Source of the DNA: Pseudomonadota bacterium
GTDB lineage: Bacteria; Pseudomonadota; Gammaproteobacteria; Xanthomonadales; Rhodanobacteraceae
Length of the DNA: 64,000 bases
Direction: 5' to 3'
Assembly (NCBI GenBank): GCA_018241365.1
Contig: JAFEDX010000194.1
Location: 10,411-74,410, forward strand
Shown here: positions 1-11,390 of the stretch, piece by piece
How positions within the stretch are numbered: the stretch's first letter is position 1
How the letters are laid out: every line of letters starts with the position of its first letter
Program-made: the position numbers and the translations under genes
Notes under the pieces: generated by a model
Seen by the model: the letters and a program-made list of their open reading frames with translations, nothing else
Databases searched by the model: none
Told to the model about the DNA's origin: nothing

Positions 1-1227
1 GCTGTCGGCGATGTGCCTGGTGCGGGTACCGTGGATCACTATGGTCGGCGGACGTTCGCCACCCGGATGCGCAAAGCGCAGCTTGGGCGAATGCCCGCGC
101 ACCAGCGGCGGTTGGTGCGCCGCGACCGCCTTTTCGAGTGCACGCGTGAGGTCGGCGGTGACCAGCTTGCGCGTGGCGGCAGCCCCGGCCCGGTCGATCG
201 CGCGCATCAGTTCGCGCAGGCCCGAGCCATGCTTGGCCGACAGGAAGACGATGCGCGCCCATGCCACGAATTGCAGCTTGCGCTCCAGCCCTGCCTTGCA
301 GCGTTCGCGGTCGTAGCGTTCGAGCCCGTCCCACTTGTTGGCTACGATCACCAGTGCCCGGCCTGCGTCCAGCACCTGGCCAATCAGCGCCAAATCCTGG
401 TCGGTGACGCCTTCGCTGGCGTCCAGCATCACCGCCGCGACGTCGGCGGCGGCGATCGACTGCAGCGTCTTGATGACGCTGAATTTCTCCAAGGCGTCTT
501 CAACACGTCCCTTCCGGCGCACGCCGGCGGTGTCGATCAGGGTGTACCGCTTGCCGTCGCGTTCCAGCGGCACATGGATGGAATCGCGGGTGGTGCCGGC
601 GATGTCCGAGACCACCACGCGTTCCTCGCCCAGCAGGCGGTTGACCAGCGTGGATTTGCCGACATTCGGGCGGCCGACGATCGCGACCCGCACGCCGGCC
701 GCTGCATCGTCTTCGGGGGCGGCCTCGTCGGCGTCCGGCGGCAGCAATGGCGTTACTGCAGCGAGCAACGCGTCGATGCCGCGCGCATGCGAGGCGGCGA
801 TCGCGAAGGTGGCCGCAACGCCCATTGCCGCGAATTCGGCGAGCGCCACGACGGCGTCGAGTCCATCGGTCTTGTTGACGGCGAGCAACACCGGCTTGCC
901 GGCACGGCGCAGGCGAGCGAGGATCGCACGGTCCTGCGGCAGCAGGCCTTCCCGTGCATCCACCAGCAGCACGCAGGCGCTGGCTTCGTCGATGGCGAGG
1001 GCGACCTGGCGCTCGGTGAGCTGGTCGATGTCCACGCGCTCACCCGAAAGGCCGCCGGTATCAACCAGCACGAACGGCCGCGCAGCAAGCCGGCAAACGC
1101 CGTAATGGCGGTCACGGGTGACGCCGGGCAGGTCCGCGACCAGCGCGTCGCGGCTGCGCGTCAACGCGTTGAACAACGTGGACTTGCCGACGTTGGGACG
1201 CCCGACGAGGGCAACTACGGGAAGCAC
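1..1227 (-). CDS. der: GTPase Der (EngA); C-terminal end cut by window edge
   Basis: Absent from the ORF track because it runs off the window. The minus strand from GTG at 1227 reads VLPVVALVGRPNVGKSTLFNAL (first P-loop). A second VAIVGRPNVGKSTLVN P-loop lies near 640-690. It sits downstream of bamB as in the conserved yfgM-bamB-der cluster. Confidence 0.9.
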   Translation of the reverse strand, partial: MLPVVALVGRPNVGKSTLFNALTRSRDALVADLPGVTRDRHYGVCRLAARPFVLVDTGGLSGERVDIDQLTERQVALAIDEASACVLLVDAREGLLPQDRAILARLRRAGKPVLLAVNKTDGLDAVVALAEFAAMGVAATFAIAASHARGIDALLAAVTPLLPPDADEAAPEDDAAAGVRVAIVGRPNVGKSTLVNRLLGEERVVVSDIAGTTRDSIHVPLERDGKRYTLIDTAGVRRKGRVEDALEKFSVIKTLQSIAAADVAAVMLDASEGVTDQDLALIGQVLDAGRALVIVANKWDGLERYDRERCKAGLERKLQFVAWARIVFLSAKHGSGLRELMRAIDRAGAAATRKLVTADLTRALEKAVAAHQPPLVRGHSPKLRFAHPGGERPPTIVIHGTRTRHIADS

Positions 1228-1364
1228 GGCAAAGATTCCATCCGAAGCGGCTGTTGTGGAAAGTCAGGCCAAGGACGGCCGTTCTAGACTGTCCGGGCAG
1301 GGAACGGTTCCGATTAGCTTGCGCCCCGTCGAAGCAGCGATCAGGGACGATCGCGCGAACATGC

Positions 1365-2591
1365 CTATCCGGAGGTTCCAATGCGGTAGGCCGCCACATG
1401 GCCCTTCACGTCCTCGACATAGACCGTGTCGCCATTCACCAGCGGGCGCGCGCGGATCTCGTCTTTCGAAAGGCGCACGCGCGCAGCGAGCTTGCCGTCG
1501 GAGAGATCGAGCCAATGCACGTAACCTTCGACCCCGCCGACCACGGCGTACTGCCCCTGGATCGCCGGCGCGGTGAGCCAGTGGTACTGCAAGGCATCCT
1601 GTTTCCACAGGTCCCCGCCGCCGTCCTTCGAGAATGCCCACACCAGCGAATTGTCGTCCACGCCGATCACCGCCTTGTCCGCCAGGCCCACGCCGACATA
1701 GCTGGAGAACGGCCGATCCCACACGATCTGGCCCTGTGCGGCGTCGATCGCGGTGAGTGATCCGTGATACGCCGTGGCGTAGAGGATGTTGCCGTCGAGC
1801 TGCAGGGTATCGTCGGCATCGTTGAGCTTCTGGATGTCGGTGCGGCCGAGGCCCTTGGTGATCGGCAGCTTCCACTGGACCGCCCCGGTGTCACCACGCA
1901 ACAACACGATGTTGCCGTCGTCGCTGCCGAACATCACCACGCCATGCGTGGCCAGCAGGGCACCGTTGCCGCGCAGGCTCAGCAACGGAACCGAAGCCTG
2001 GTCGTACACCCACTTGCGCTCGCCGGTGTTGGCGTCGAAGGCGTACACCTCACCGGAATTGGTGCGCGCATACACCGTGCCGGCCTCGATCGCGGGCGGC
2101 GAGATCACTTCGTCGTCCACCTCCGCGCTCCACAACTGCTTGCCCGTCGCGGCGTCCATGGCGTAAACATGGCCATCCAGCGTACCGACCACCAGCAGGT
2201 TGCCGAGCACGCTGGGGCCGCCCGCGTAACGTGCGTCAGGGCCGGGTTTCTTGTGCTTGAACAACCAGAAGCCATCGCCGACGCGGGTGGATTGCCGCCA
2301 CAGGGTCTTGCCGGTTGCGGCGTCCAGCGCTTCGATCCTGCCATCGGTGCTGATCACGTACAGCTTGCCGTCGGCGAACGCAGGTTGCAGGCGGACGCCG
2401 GAACGCCCGGCTCCATCACCGATCCGGGTGGACCACAGCTTCTGCACCTGCAGACTGGGCGCGAATTCCACCAGCGGCTTCGGCGGCTGGATGTTCTCGC
2501 CCCGATTGAAAAGCTTGGACCACAAGCCGCAACCCGACAACGCGACCGTCGCAGCCAGCAACGGCAACAGCAGAAGGTGACGACGCTTCAT
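1365..2591 (-). CDS. bamB: Outer membrane protein assembly factor BamB (lipoprotein)
   Basis: Internal ATG of track ORF 1365..3287 gives MKRRHLLLLPLLAATVALSGC (lipobox), followed by PQQ-like beta-propeller repeats. Its ATG overlaps the yfgM stop as ATGA. Confidence 0.9.
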   Translation of the reverse strand: MKRRHLLLLPLLAATVALSGCGLWSKLFNRGENIQPPKPLVEFAPSLQVQKLWSTRIGDGAGRSGVRLQPAFADGKLYVISTDGRIEALDAATGKTLWRQSTRVGDGFWLFKHKKPGPDARYAGGPSVLGNLLVVGTLDGHVYAMDAATGKQLWSAEVDDEVISPPAIEAGTVYARTNSGEVYAFDANTGERKWVYDQASVPLLSLRGNGALLATHGVVMFGSDDGNIVLLRGDTGAVQWKLPITKGLGRTDIQKLNDADDTLQLDGNILYATAYHGSLTAIDAAQGQIVWDRPFSSYVGVGLADKAVIGVDDNSLVWAFSKDGGGDLWKQDALQYHWLTAPAIQGQYAVVGGVEGYVHWLDLSDGKLAARVRLSKDEIRARPLVNGDTVYVEDVKGHVAAYRIGTSG

Positions 2592-3253
2592 TGGGCCTTG
2601 TTTCCGGTCGGCGCAGCCGCGGGCTGCGTGAGGTTGTCCAGCTTCATCTGCACCGAATTGCGTTCGGGCGCATCCTTGTCGAGTTTGGCCATGGCTTCCT
2701 CGTAGGCTGTGCGCGCGGCGTCCGGCTTGCCGAGTTGGAGCTGCGCATCGCCCCGAAGTTCCGCCGACAATGCGACGAAGTTGCCGGAAGGAATACCGTC
2801 CAGCGCGGTCAACGCCTGTTGCGCCTGGCCCTGCGCCAGCAACACCCGCACCAGCCGCAGCGTGAACAGCGACTTCAGGGCGGACAGCTTGCTGTGTTCC
2901 ACTGCCCATTGCAGATTCTGCGCCGCAGCCTTCAGGTCGTTCTTGCTGACATCGTATTCGGCGACCGCGGCGCTGCCGAATGCCGCATAGGGCGTGTCCC
3001 CATAATTCTTCTGCAGGTCGCCGACGGCTGCCGTCATGGCTGGCTTGCTGTTGGCCTGCACGGCGTTCTCCACCACCGCGAACTGCGACGCCGCCTGGAT
3101 TTCGTGATTGGTCCGGTGGGCCTGCCATTGCCGCCAGCCGAAGATCAGCGCCAGTGCAAGCACCACGCCGACCGCCACGGCGATGCCGTTTTCCTTGATC
3201 CACTTGCGGACCTGTTCGCCCTGTTCGTACTCGTCGTAATCTTCGAAAGCCAT
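2588..3253 (-). CDS. YfgM-like membrane-anchored TPR protein
   Basis: 221 aa with an acidic N-terminus (MAFEDYDEYEQGEQVRKW), one TM segment and a TPR-like C-terminal part. It lies directly upstream of bamB. Confidence 0.75.
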   Translation of the reverse strand: MAFEDYDEYEQGEQVRKWIKENGIAVAVGVVLALALIFGWRQWQAHRTNHEIQAASQFAVVENAVQANSKPAMTAAVGDLQKNYGDTPYAAFGSAAVAEYDVSKNDLKAAAQNLQWAVEHSKLSALKSLFTLRLVRVLLAQGQAQQALTALDGIPSGNFVALSAELRGDAQLQLGKPDAARTAYEEAMAKLDKDAPERNSVQMKLDNLTQPAAAPTGNKAQ

Positions 3254-3315
3254 CGTTCATCCAGTGCACGCGAAAACCCCACGCCACGCGCGGGAACCGT
3301 CAAGGATACTGGAAC

Positions 3316-4296
3316 TCAGTCGTTTTCGCCGCTGCCGGATTTCGCGCCGAACACGTCGAAGCGGGCGACGTTGGCGTGCCGATACGCATCCAGGGGCAAC
3401 GGCTGGCCATCCCGGGTGACGCTGACGCCTTCGGCATTGCCGAGCGTCACGTGCAGCGTACCGGCCGAGTGCCAGCTGCGGGAATCGCCAGCGTGCAACA
3501 TGCCGGAATCCACCTTGTTGCCGTCGGCATCGGTGATCTCGAACCAGCAGTCGCCACTGGCGGAAACCGTGAGGGTGTGCTGCCCTGAAATGGCCACTGG
3601 AACCGGTACGGGTGCGAGCGGCACGCGATCGGCGCTGCCATCGCCCAGCCCGATCGCGGCGAAGGGCGTCATCGAAGCGCGGAACGGAGTTTCGTCCTGC
3701 GCGGCAGATGACGCCGAGCTGGTGGCCGGCACCTTGGCCGTTGCCTGGTGCGGTGCTGCAGCAACCGGCGCCTGGTCCAGCGACACGATCCGGGCAGACG
3801 GGCGTTCCAGGCCTCCGCGCAGCCCCAGCAGCACCAGCGGTACCGCGATGGTCGCCGTCAACACGATGTAGGTCGCGGCCGTGCCGTAACGCTGCAACAG
3901 CCAGCGCGCCGGCGATGTCCGCGCCACCGATACCAGCGCCGGTTGTTCCACCGGCGCCGCCCTGCGCAAGGCATCATCGCAGCTGCCTGCAGGGAGGCCG
4001 AGGAAACGCGCATAGCCCTGCAGCGCGCCACGCAGGAACACGAAGTGTTCGGGTTCGCCGTAGTTGTCGGTTTCGAGGCGTTGCAGCACCTTGATCGGCA
4101 GGTGCAGCCGGGCGGCGCAATCCGCCAGGTCCAATCCCCTTGCCTCGCGCGCCTTGCGCAAGCGCGACCCCAGCGTCGCCGGGTGCGAGGCCGTGTCCAT
4201 CGCGACGGGTGCCGCGGCAGGCGTGGCTTCCGTGGCCTTCTCTTTCGCCGATTCCATGGCGGCAAACAAATCGGGAGAATCGTCGCGATCGATCAT
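3316..4296 (-). CDS. rodZ: Cytoskeleton protein RodZ (HTH + TM + DUF4115-like C-terminus)
   Basis: HTH region LGSRLRKAREARGLDLADCAARLHLPIKVLQRLE, a central TM segment and a C-terminal beta-rich domain. It follows pilW-rlmN-ndk as in related gammaproteobacteria. Confidence 0.8.
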   Translation of the reverse strand: MIDRDDSPDLFAAMESAKEKATEATPAAAPVAMDTASHPATLGSRLRKAREARGLDLADCAARLHLPIKVLQRLETDNYGEPEHFVFLRGALQGYARFLGLPAGSCDDALRRAAPVEQPALVSVARTSPARWLLQRYGTAATYIVLTATIAVPLVLLGLRGGLERPSARIVSLDQAPVAAAPHQATAKVPATSSASSAAQDETPFRASMTPFAAIGLGDGSADRVPLAPVPVPVAISGQHTLTVSASGDCWFEITDADGNKVDSGMLHAGDSRSWHSAGTLHVTLGNAEGVSVTRDGQPLPLDAYRHANVARFDVFGAKSGSGEND

Positions 4297-5105
4297 TGGT
4301 TCGAACCGTTCAGCGATTGTGCCTGCGTGGAATTCGGGAACTGATCCTGCAGACGATTGGAATAATTGGTGGCGGTTTCCTTGTCACCAAGCCGGGTAGC
4401 AATCTGGTAGCCGAGCAGCAGCGATTGGGGCGTGGCCTGGCCGGCCGACTCGAAGCGTTGCAGGTAGCCGCGGGCCGCGAAGGCATCGCCCTTGCGGTAG
4501 TCGAGGTCGGCCATCGCGAGCAAGGCGTCCGCGAAATTCGGATCGATTTCGAGTGCCTTGCGCAGGTACGCTTCGGCGCCCGCGTAATCACCCCCGTGCA
4601 TCAGGCAGCCACCGGCATTGGTGTTCGCCAGCGCGGGCGTCTTGTAGAAGGGATCGGCCAGCGCTTTCCTGAAATAGCGCATGGCATCCTGCTGTTTGCC
4701 CTGCTCGCACAGGAAACGGCCGTAGTTGTTGTTGGTGTCGCCGTTCGAAGGGTCGAGCGCGATGGCCGCGCGGAATTCCTTGTCGGCGTCGCTCAGGCGA
4801 TCGATGCGCCAGTCCAGGATCGCGAGCATCGTATGCGCAGGGATGTATTTGTCGTCGAAGCCCAACGCCTTGTTCAGCGCGGTTTCCGCCGCCTTCAAAT
4901 GCCCCTGCTGCATGTAGGCCGCGGCAAGCTGGGTGTGCGTCTGGGCGGCGGCCTGCTTGTCCTGTTTCGCGGAATCGCTGGGCGCGTTCTTGAGGCTACC
5001 GAGTGGCGAGGAGTCGACCTTGATGATGCCGGGATCGTGCTTGCACGCTGCCAGCCCGAGCGCCAGCATCATCACCACCAGCGCGCAACCGGACTTAAGC
5101 GGCAT
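4293..5105 (-). CDS. pilW: Type IV pilus biogenesis/stability TPR lipoprotein PilW (PilF)
   Basis: Lipobox LALGLAAC followed by TPR repeats, about 270 aa, between rlmN and rodZ. Confidence 0.8.
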   Translation of the reverse strand: MPLKSGCALVVMMLALGLAACKHDPGIIKVDSSPLGSLKNAPSDSAKQDKQAAAQTHTQLAAAYMQQGHLKAAETALNKALGFDDKYIPAHTMLAILDWRIDRLSDADKEFRAAIALDPSNGDTNNNYGRFLCEQGKQQDAMRYFRKALADPFYKTPALANTNAGGCLMHGGDYAGAEAYLRKALEIDPNFADALLAMADLDYRKGDAFAARGYLQRFESAGQATPQSLLLGYQIATRLGDKETATNYSNRLQDQFPNSTQAQSLNGSNQ

Positions 5106-6228
5106 CGGCCTGCACCTCGTGTTGTTGGGCGGCTTCGACGCGGAGCCGGAACTCTGCGTGGCGGCGGGTACGGTCGGCGACCTTGCCCTTGAGCTGTCCG
5201 CAGGCCGCGTCGATGTCCTCGCCGCGGGTGCGCCGCACCATCGCCTGCACGCCTGCGTTGAGCAGGATGGTCTGGAATGCGCGGATCACGGTCTCGTCCG
5301 AGCGTTCGTATTGCGTGCCGGGGAACGGATTGAACGGAATCAGGTTCACCTTGGCCGGCAGCCTGCGCATCAGCTTGATCAACTGCTTCGCGAGTTCCGG
5401 TGCATCATTGATGCCCTTCATCAACGTGTATTCGAAGGTGACGGTCGAACGCGGACGACGGGCGGCATAGCGCGCGCACGCATCCAGCAGCTCGGCGATT
5501 GGCCAGCGCTTGTTGATCGGCATCAGCTGCGTGCGCAGTTCATCGTTGGGCGCATGCAGCGACACCGCCAGCGAGACGTCCGCGACTTCTCCGAGCGCGT
5601 CGATCTTCGGCACCACCCCGGCGGTGGACAGCGTGACCCGTTTGGACGCCAGCCCGAAGCCGAGGTCGTCGCGCATCAGGCTCATGGCCTTGACGACGTT
5701 GTCGAAGTTGAGCAGCGGCTCGCCCATGCCCATCATCACCACGTTGGTGATGCGGCGCTGCTGGTGGGTGACGTTGCCGAGCTGCTTCGCCGCGTGCCAC
5801 ACCTGCCCGATGATCTCCGACGCTGCAAGGTTGCGATTGAAGCCCTGCGCCCCGGTCGAACAAAACCGGCAGTTGAGGCCACAGCCGATCTGCGAAGACA
5901 CGCACAAGGTGCCGCGGCTCGGCTCGGGGATGTACACGGTTTCGACCGCGTTCCCCGCGTCCATGCCCAGCAGCCATTTGCGCGTGCCGTCGCTGGAGAC
6001 CTTGTCCAGAAGGGGTTTGGGCGGTGCCACCACCGCCACCTCCGGCAACTTCTCGCGCAAGGATTTGCCAAGATCCGTCATTGCCCCGAAGTCGCTTTCG
6101 AGGCGGTGGTAGATCCACTTCATCACCTGGTCGGCACGATACGGCTTCTCACCCAGATCGGCGAAGAACGCGCGCAACCCGTCACGATCGAAGTCCAGCA
6201 GGTTGGCCTTGGCGATTGATTCAGCCAT
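5095..6228 (-). CDS. rlmN: 23S rRNA/tRNA (adenine-C2)-methyltransferase RlmN, radical SAM
   Basis: [11 protein letters not shown] radical-SAM motif and typical N-terminus [18 protein letters not shown], 377 aa. Confidence 0.95.
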   Translation of the reverse strand: MAESIAKANLLDFDRDGLRAFFADLGEKPYRADQVMKWIYHRLESDFGAMTDLGKSLREKLPEVAVVAPPKPLLDKVSSDGTRKWLLGMDAGNAVETVYIPEPSRGTLCVSSQIGCGLNCRFCSTGAQGFNRNLAASEIIGQVWHAAKQLGNVTHQQRRITNVVMMGMGEPLLNFDNVVKAMSLMRDDLGFGLASKRVTLSTAGVVPKIDALGEVADVSLAVSLHAPNDELRTQLMPINKRWPIAELLDACARYAARRPRSTVTFEYTLMKGINDAPELAKQLIKLMRRLPAKVNLIPFNPFPGTQYERSDETVIRAFQTILLNAGVQAMVRRTRGEDIDAACGQLKGKVADRTRRHAEFRLRVEAAQQHEVQADAA

Positions 6229-6300
6229 GGATCGCTCTAGTGAGAAATCGGGTCATGCATGACCCTGGTTGATCCCCGCGTCCGCGAACGAACGCAATCA

Positions 6301-6726
6301 CTACCGCGGACAAAGTTCCGTCGCGGCAAAAAAATATCCGATTTCGAAACGCGCGGTGTCCGGAGCATCCGAACCGTGCACCGCATTCGCGTCGATGCTC
6401 TGTGCAAAATCCGCGCGGATGGTTCCCGCCGCGGCGTCCTTCGGGTTGGTGGCCCCCATCAGCTCGCGGTTCCGGGCGATTGCACCCTCGCCTTCCAGCA
6501 CCTGGATCATCACCGGCCCCGAAACCATGAAGTCGACCAGCGGTTTGAAGAACGGCCGTTCGCGATGCACGGCGTAAAAACCTTCCGCCTCTTTGCGCGA
6601 CAGGTGTTTCATCTTCGCTGCAACGATTTGCAGACCGGCCTGCTCGAAACGTGCGTAAATCTGCCCGATCACGTTCTTGGCAACGGCATCGGGTTTGATG
6701 ATGGACAACGTGCGCTCCAGCGCCAT
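6301..6726 (-). CDS. ndk: Nucleoside diphosphate kinase
   Basis: [32 protein letters not shown]... Internal ATG of track ORF 6301..6765 gives a 141-aa product. Confidence 0.95.
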   Translation of the reverse strand: MALERTLSIIKPDAVAKNVIGQIYARFEQAGLQIVAAKMKHLSRKEAEGFYAVHRERPFFKPLVDFMVSGPVMIQVLEGEGAIARNRELMGATNPKDAAAGTIRADFAQSIDANAVHGSDAPDTARFEIGYFFAATELCPR

Positions 6727-6913
6727 GGGTTCCTCGGCTGATATCGAAATGTAGAAAAATGTCACGAAGCCCCTTCAGGCTCGCGAGCATAGTCCAAAAC
6801 ATCCGCACAAATGCGGGTTTAGCTCACAAATAAAGCGCAAATTCTAGCCCAATCACCGGCGCTTGGCTACGCGCGTCCCGCGGATTTGACCCACGGCTTG
6901 GCCTGGCCTAGAC

Positions 6914-6931
6914 TTCAAACGATTGTTTGAA
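6914..6931. promoter_or_regulatory. PsrA-type operator-like palindrome TTCAAAC-GATT-GTTTGAA
   Basis: Perfect 7-bp inverted arms with a 4-nt spacer, 13 nt upstream of the ATG at 6944. It fits the reported PsrA motif (C/G)AAAC-N2-4-GTTT(G/C). Confidence 0.45.
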
Positions 6932-6943
6932 ACGGGCCTCGGC

Positions 6944-7558
6944 ATGCACGACACCCCGCAGTTCTCCACCCGCCAGCGCATCCTGGGGGCAGCCGAAGAA
7001 CTTTTCGCCGAACGCGGCTTCGCAGGCGCATCGTTGCGCCAAGTCACGTCTGCAGCCAAGGTCAACCTGGCCGCGGTCAATTACCACTTCGGCTCCAAGG
7101 ACAACCTGATCGAGGAGGTCTTCCGACGCCGTCTGGATGAACTGAGCCGGCGGCGTCTTGAACGCCTCGCCGAAATCGCCGACGAGGCGACGCTCGAATC
7201 CGTGCTTGACGCCTTCATCACCCCCGCCCTGGAACTGTCGCTGGATCGCAAGGGCGGATCGGTGTTCATGCGGGTGCTGGCGCGGGCCTTCGCCGAACAC
7301 AACACCCACCTGCGCAAGTTCCTGTCCGAGAATTACGGCTACGTCCTCAAGGATTTCGCGGCAGCTTTTGCCAACCTGCTGCCGCAACTCGACAAGGAAG
7401 AGTTGTATTGGCGCCTGGACATTGCGGTCGGCGCGCTCACCTACGCCATGGCGGATTTTGGCGTGATCCAGCGTCGCCCGGGCGAAACCGAGCGCACGCA
7501 CCGCGAGCAGATGGCGAGGCACCTGATCCATTTCACCGCGGCGGGGCTGCGGGCGTAG
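6944..7558 (+). CDS. TetR/AcrR family regulator (PsrA-like, upstream of the fad operon)
   Basis: HTH region RQRILGAAEELFAERGFAGASLRQVTSAAKVNLAAVNYHFGSKDNL. The track ORF starts at TTG 6923 inside the palindrome, so ATG 6944 is preferred. Confidence 0.85.
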   Translation: MHDTPQFSTRQRILGAAEELFAERGFAGASLRQVTSAAKVNLAAVNYHFGSKDNLIEEVFRRRLDELSRRRLERLAEIADEATLESVLDAFITPALELSLDRKGGSVFMRVLARAFAEHNTHLRKFLSENYGYVLKDFAAAFANLLPQLDKEELYWRLDIAVGALTYAMADFGVIQRRPGETERTHREQMARHLIHFTAAGLRA

Positions 7559-7624
7559 CTGACACAGCCAGCAGCACCCGTGCGCCCACCGCGGTCCGAT
7601 TCACCCTGATCCACCGGAGTTTCC

Positions 7625-9994
7625 ATGTCACACCTTCTTCGCATTCGCAAAGCCGCCGTGCTCGGTGCCGGCGTGATGGGCGCACAGATTGCCGCGCATC
7701 TCGCCAACGCCGGCATTGAAACGCTGTTGTACGACCTTGCCGCCAGGGAGGGTCCGAAGAACGGCATCGCCGTCAAGGCCATCCAGCACCTCGGCAAGCT
7801 GTCGCCCGCGCCGCTGGCGGCGAAAGATGTCGCCTTGGCGATCACGCCGGCGGATTACGACGAGAATCTCGACGCGCTCAAGGATCGCGACTTCGTGATC
7901 GAGGCGATCGCCGAACGGACGGACTGGAAGCTCGACCTCTACAGGAAAGTCGCGTCGCACATCCCCGGACACACGATTCTCGCTTCGAATACCTCAGGGT
8001 TGTCGATCAATCAGCTTGCCGAAGCCCTGCCGGAAAACCTGCGTCATCGGTTTTGCGGCGTGCACTTCTTCAACCCACCACGCTACATGCACCTGGTCGA
8101 AGTGATTCCCGGCAAGGCGACCGATCGCAAGCTGCTGGCCGGCTTGGAAGCGTTCCTGACATCCACCCTTGGCAAGGGCGTGGTGTTCGCGCGCGACACG
8201 CCCAACTTCATCGGCAACCGCATCGGCGTGTTTTCAATCCTTTCCACCATGTACCACACCACGCAGTTCAAGCTCGGCTTCGACGTGGTGGATGCGCTGA
8301 CCGGTCCGGCCATTGGCCGGCCGAAGTCGGCAACCTATCGCACCGCGGATGTCGTCGGCCTGGACACCATGGCGCACGTCATCAAGACCATGGCCGACAC
8401 CCTGCCGGACGATCCCTGGCACGAACATTTTCAGTCGCCCGCATGGCTGTCGGCACTGATCAAAAAGGGCGCGCTGGGCGCCAAGGTCGGCGCTGGTTTC
8501 TACAAGAAGGCCGGCAAGGAAATCCAGGTGCTGGATCTCGCCAAGCAGGATTACCGCGCGTCGGAACAAAAGGCATCTGACGAAGTGGCCGCAATTCTCG
8601 CGATCAAGAACCCGGCCGAGAAGTTCGCCAAGCTGCGCGAATCCAAGGACCCGCAGGCGCAATTCCTGTGGGCCTGCTTCCGCGACCTGTTCCACTATAC
8701 CGCGTACCACCTCGAAGGCATCGCCGAAACCGCGCGCGACGTCGATTTCGCCATCCGCTGGGGTTACGGCTGGAAGCTGGGCCCGTTCGAAACCTGGCAG
8801 GCGGCGGATTGGCAAGCGGTGGCCAAGGCGATCGCCGAGGACATTGCCGCCGGCAAGGCCATGAGCAAGGCTCCGCTGCCTGCGTGGGTCAGCGACGGCC
8901 GCAAGGGAGTGCACTTCGCCAACGGCTCGTATTCGCCGCGCGAAAAGAAGGACATCCCGCGTTCGGCAGCACCCGTTTACCAGCGCCAATTGTTCCCCGA
9001 CGCGCTGATCGGCGAGAAATTCGACACCGGCACCACGGTCTGGGAAAACGACGGCATCCGCCTGTGGACGCTGGGCGGTGACGACGTCGGCATCGTCAGC
9101 TTCAAGACCAAGATGTGCACCTTCGACGACCATGTGCTGGACGGCATCCAGCATGCGGTCGGCCTGGCCGAGCAGAAGCTGAAGGCGCTGGTGGTGTGGC
9201 AGACCGGCCCGGTGTTCTCGGCCGGCGCCAACCTCAAGGGCGTGCTGGGGCTGTTGAAGGAAGGCAAGGTTTCGCAACTCGAAGCGCTGATCGCCAACTT
9301 CCAGCGCGCCACCCAGCGCGTGCAGCACGGTTTGGTTCCGACCGTCGCTGCGGTACGCGGACTGTGCCTCGGCGGTGGCTGCGAGTTGCAGATGCATTCG
9401 GCGCGCACCGTCGCGGCGCTAGAAAGCTACATCGGCCTCGTCGAAGCCGGGGTGGGCCTGTTGCCGGCTGGCGGCGGATTGAAGGAGATTGCCGAACGCT
9501 GCGCGCGCGCCACGCAAGGCGACGATCCATTCGAGCAGGTGAAGCGTTACTTCGAGACCGTGGCGATGGCCAAGGCATCCGGCAGCGCGCTGGAAGCCAA
9601 GCAACTCGGGTATCTGCGCGACACCGACGTGGTGGTGTTCAACGCCAACGAACTTTTGTACGTCGCCAAGAACGTCGCGTCGTCGCTGGCCGAGTCCGGC
9701 TGGCGTCCGCCGTTGCCGCAAGCCACGCACGTCGCGGGCGACGTCGGCACCGCGACGATCAAGGCACAACTCGTCAACATGCTTGCGGGGCATTTCATTT
9801 CCGAACACGACATGGACATCGCCACCCGCATCGCCGACACCCTGTGCGGCGGCAACATCGAACGCGGCAGCACCGTCGATGCGCAATGGCTGCTGGACCT
9901 GGAACGCCACCACTTCATGGCCCTGGCGCAGATGCCCAAGACCCAGGAGCGCATCGCGCACACCATGACCACCGGGAAACCGCTGCGCAATTGA
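7625..9994 (+). CDS. 3-hydroxyacyl-CoA dehydrogenase / enoyl-CoA hydratase multifunctional enzyme (long FadN/FadB-like form)
   Basis: N-terminal NAD fold AAVLGAGVMGAQIAAHLANAG and a C-terminal crotonase-like region (FSAGANLKG), 789 aa, followed by a thiolase gene. Confidence 0.9.
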   Translation: MSHLLRIRKAAVLGAGVMGAQIAAHLANAGIETLLYDLAAREGPKNGIAVKAIQHLGKLSPAPLAAKDVALAITPADYDENLDALKDRDFVIEAIAERTDWKLDLYRKVASHIPGHTILASNTSGLSINQLAEALPENLRHRFCGVHFFNPPRYMHLVEVIPGKATDRKLLAGLEAFLTSTLGKGVVFARDTPNFIGNRIGVFSILSTMYHTTQFKLGFDVVDALTGPAIGRPKSATYRTADVVGLDTMAHVIKTMADTLPDDPWHEHFQSPAWLSALIKKGALGAKVGAGFYKKAGKEIQVLDLAKQDYRASEQKASDEVAAILAIKNPAEKFAKLRESKDPQAQFLWACFRDLFHYTAYHLEGIAETARDVDFAIRWGYGWKLGPFETWQAADWQAVAKAIAEDIAAGKAMSKAPLPAWVSDGRKGVHFANGSYSPREKKDIPRSAAPVYQRQLFPDALIGEKFDTGTTVWENDGIRLWTLGGDDVGIVSFKTKMCTFDDHVLDGIQHAVGLAEQKLKALVVWQTGPVFSAGANLKGVLGLLKEGKVSQLEALIANFQRATQRVQHGLVPTVAAVRGLCLGGGCELQMHSARTVAALESYIGLVEAGVGLLPAGGGLKEIAERCARATQGDDPFEQVKRYFETVAMAKASGSALEAKQLGYLRDTDVVVFNANELLYVAKNVASSLAESGWRPPLPQATHVAGDVGTATIKAQLVNMLAGHFISEHDMDIATRIADTLCGGNIERGSTVDAQWLLDLERHHFMALAQMPKTQERIAHTMTTGKPLRN

Positions 9995-10111
9995 GTACAG
10001 GATGTACTCACCCCGTGCAGGCCATGGATGGCCGACGACACGGGGTCCATTTTCGAACGCAAAAACACTGGATCCCGGCCTGCGCCGGGACCACGAACAA
10101 AGAGAAATGCC

Positions 10112-11308
<1,197 letters not shown>

Positions 11309-11390
11309 TTTCCGGTGTGGTTGACTGGCAGCATCGGAGCCTTTTTGTCCGCTTCATCCATTTGGCTCGCAACGATTGGGGAGAGTGACA

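Noticed and set aside
13-1287. Long plus-strand ORF (424 aa) covering the start of the window
   Set aside because: The Arg/Ala/Gly-rich low-complexity translation is typical of the antisense frame of a high-GC gene. The minus strand encodes Der with two clear P-loops.
4296-4312. GGTTCGAACC-like string suggestive of a tRNA T-arm
   Set aside because: It lies at the pilW/rodZ coding junction with no surrounding cloverleaf-compatible sequence. No tRNA-like structures were seen in any of the longer intergenic regions.
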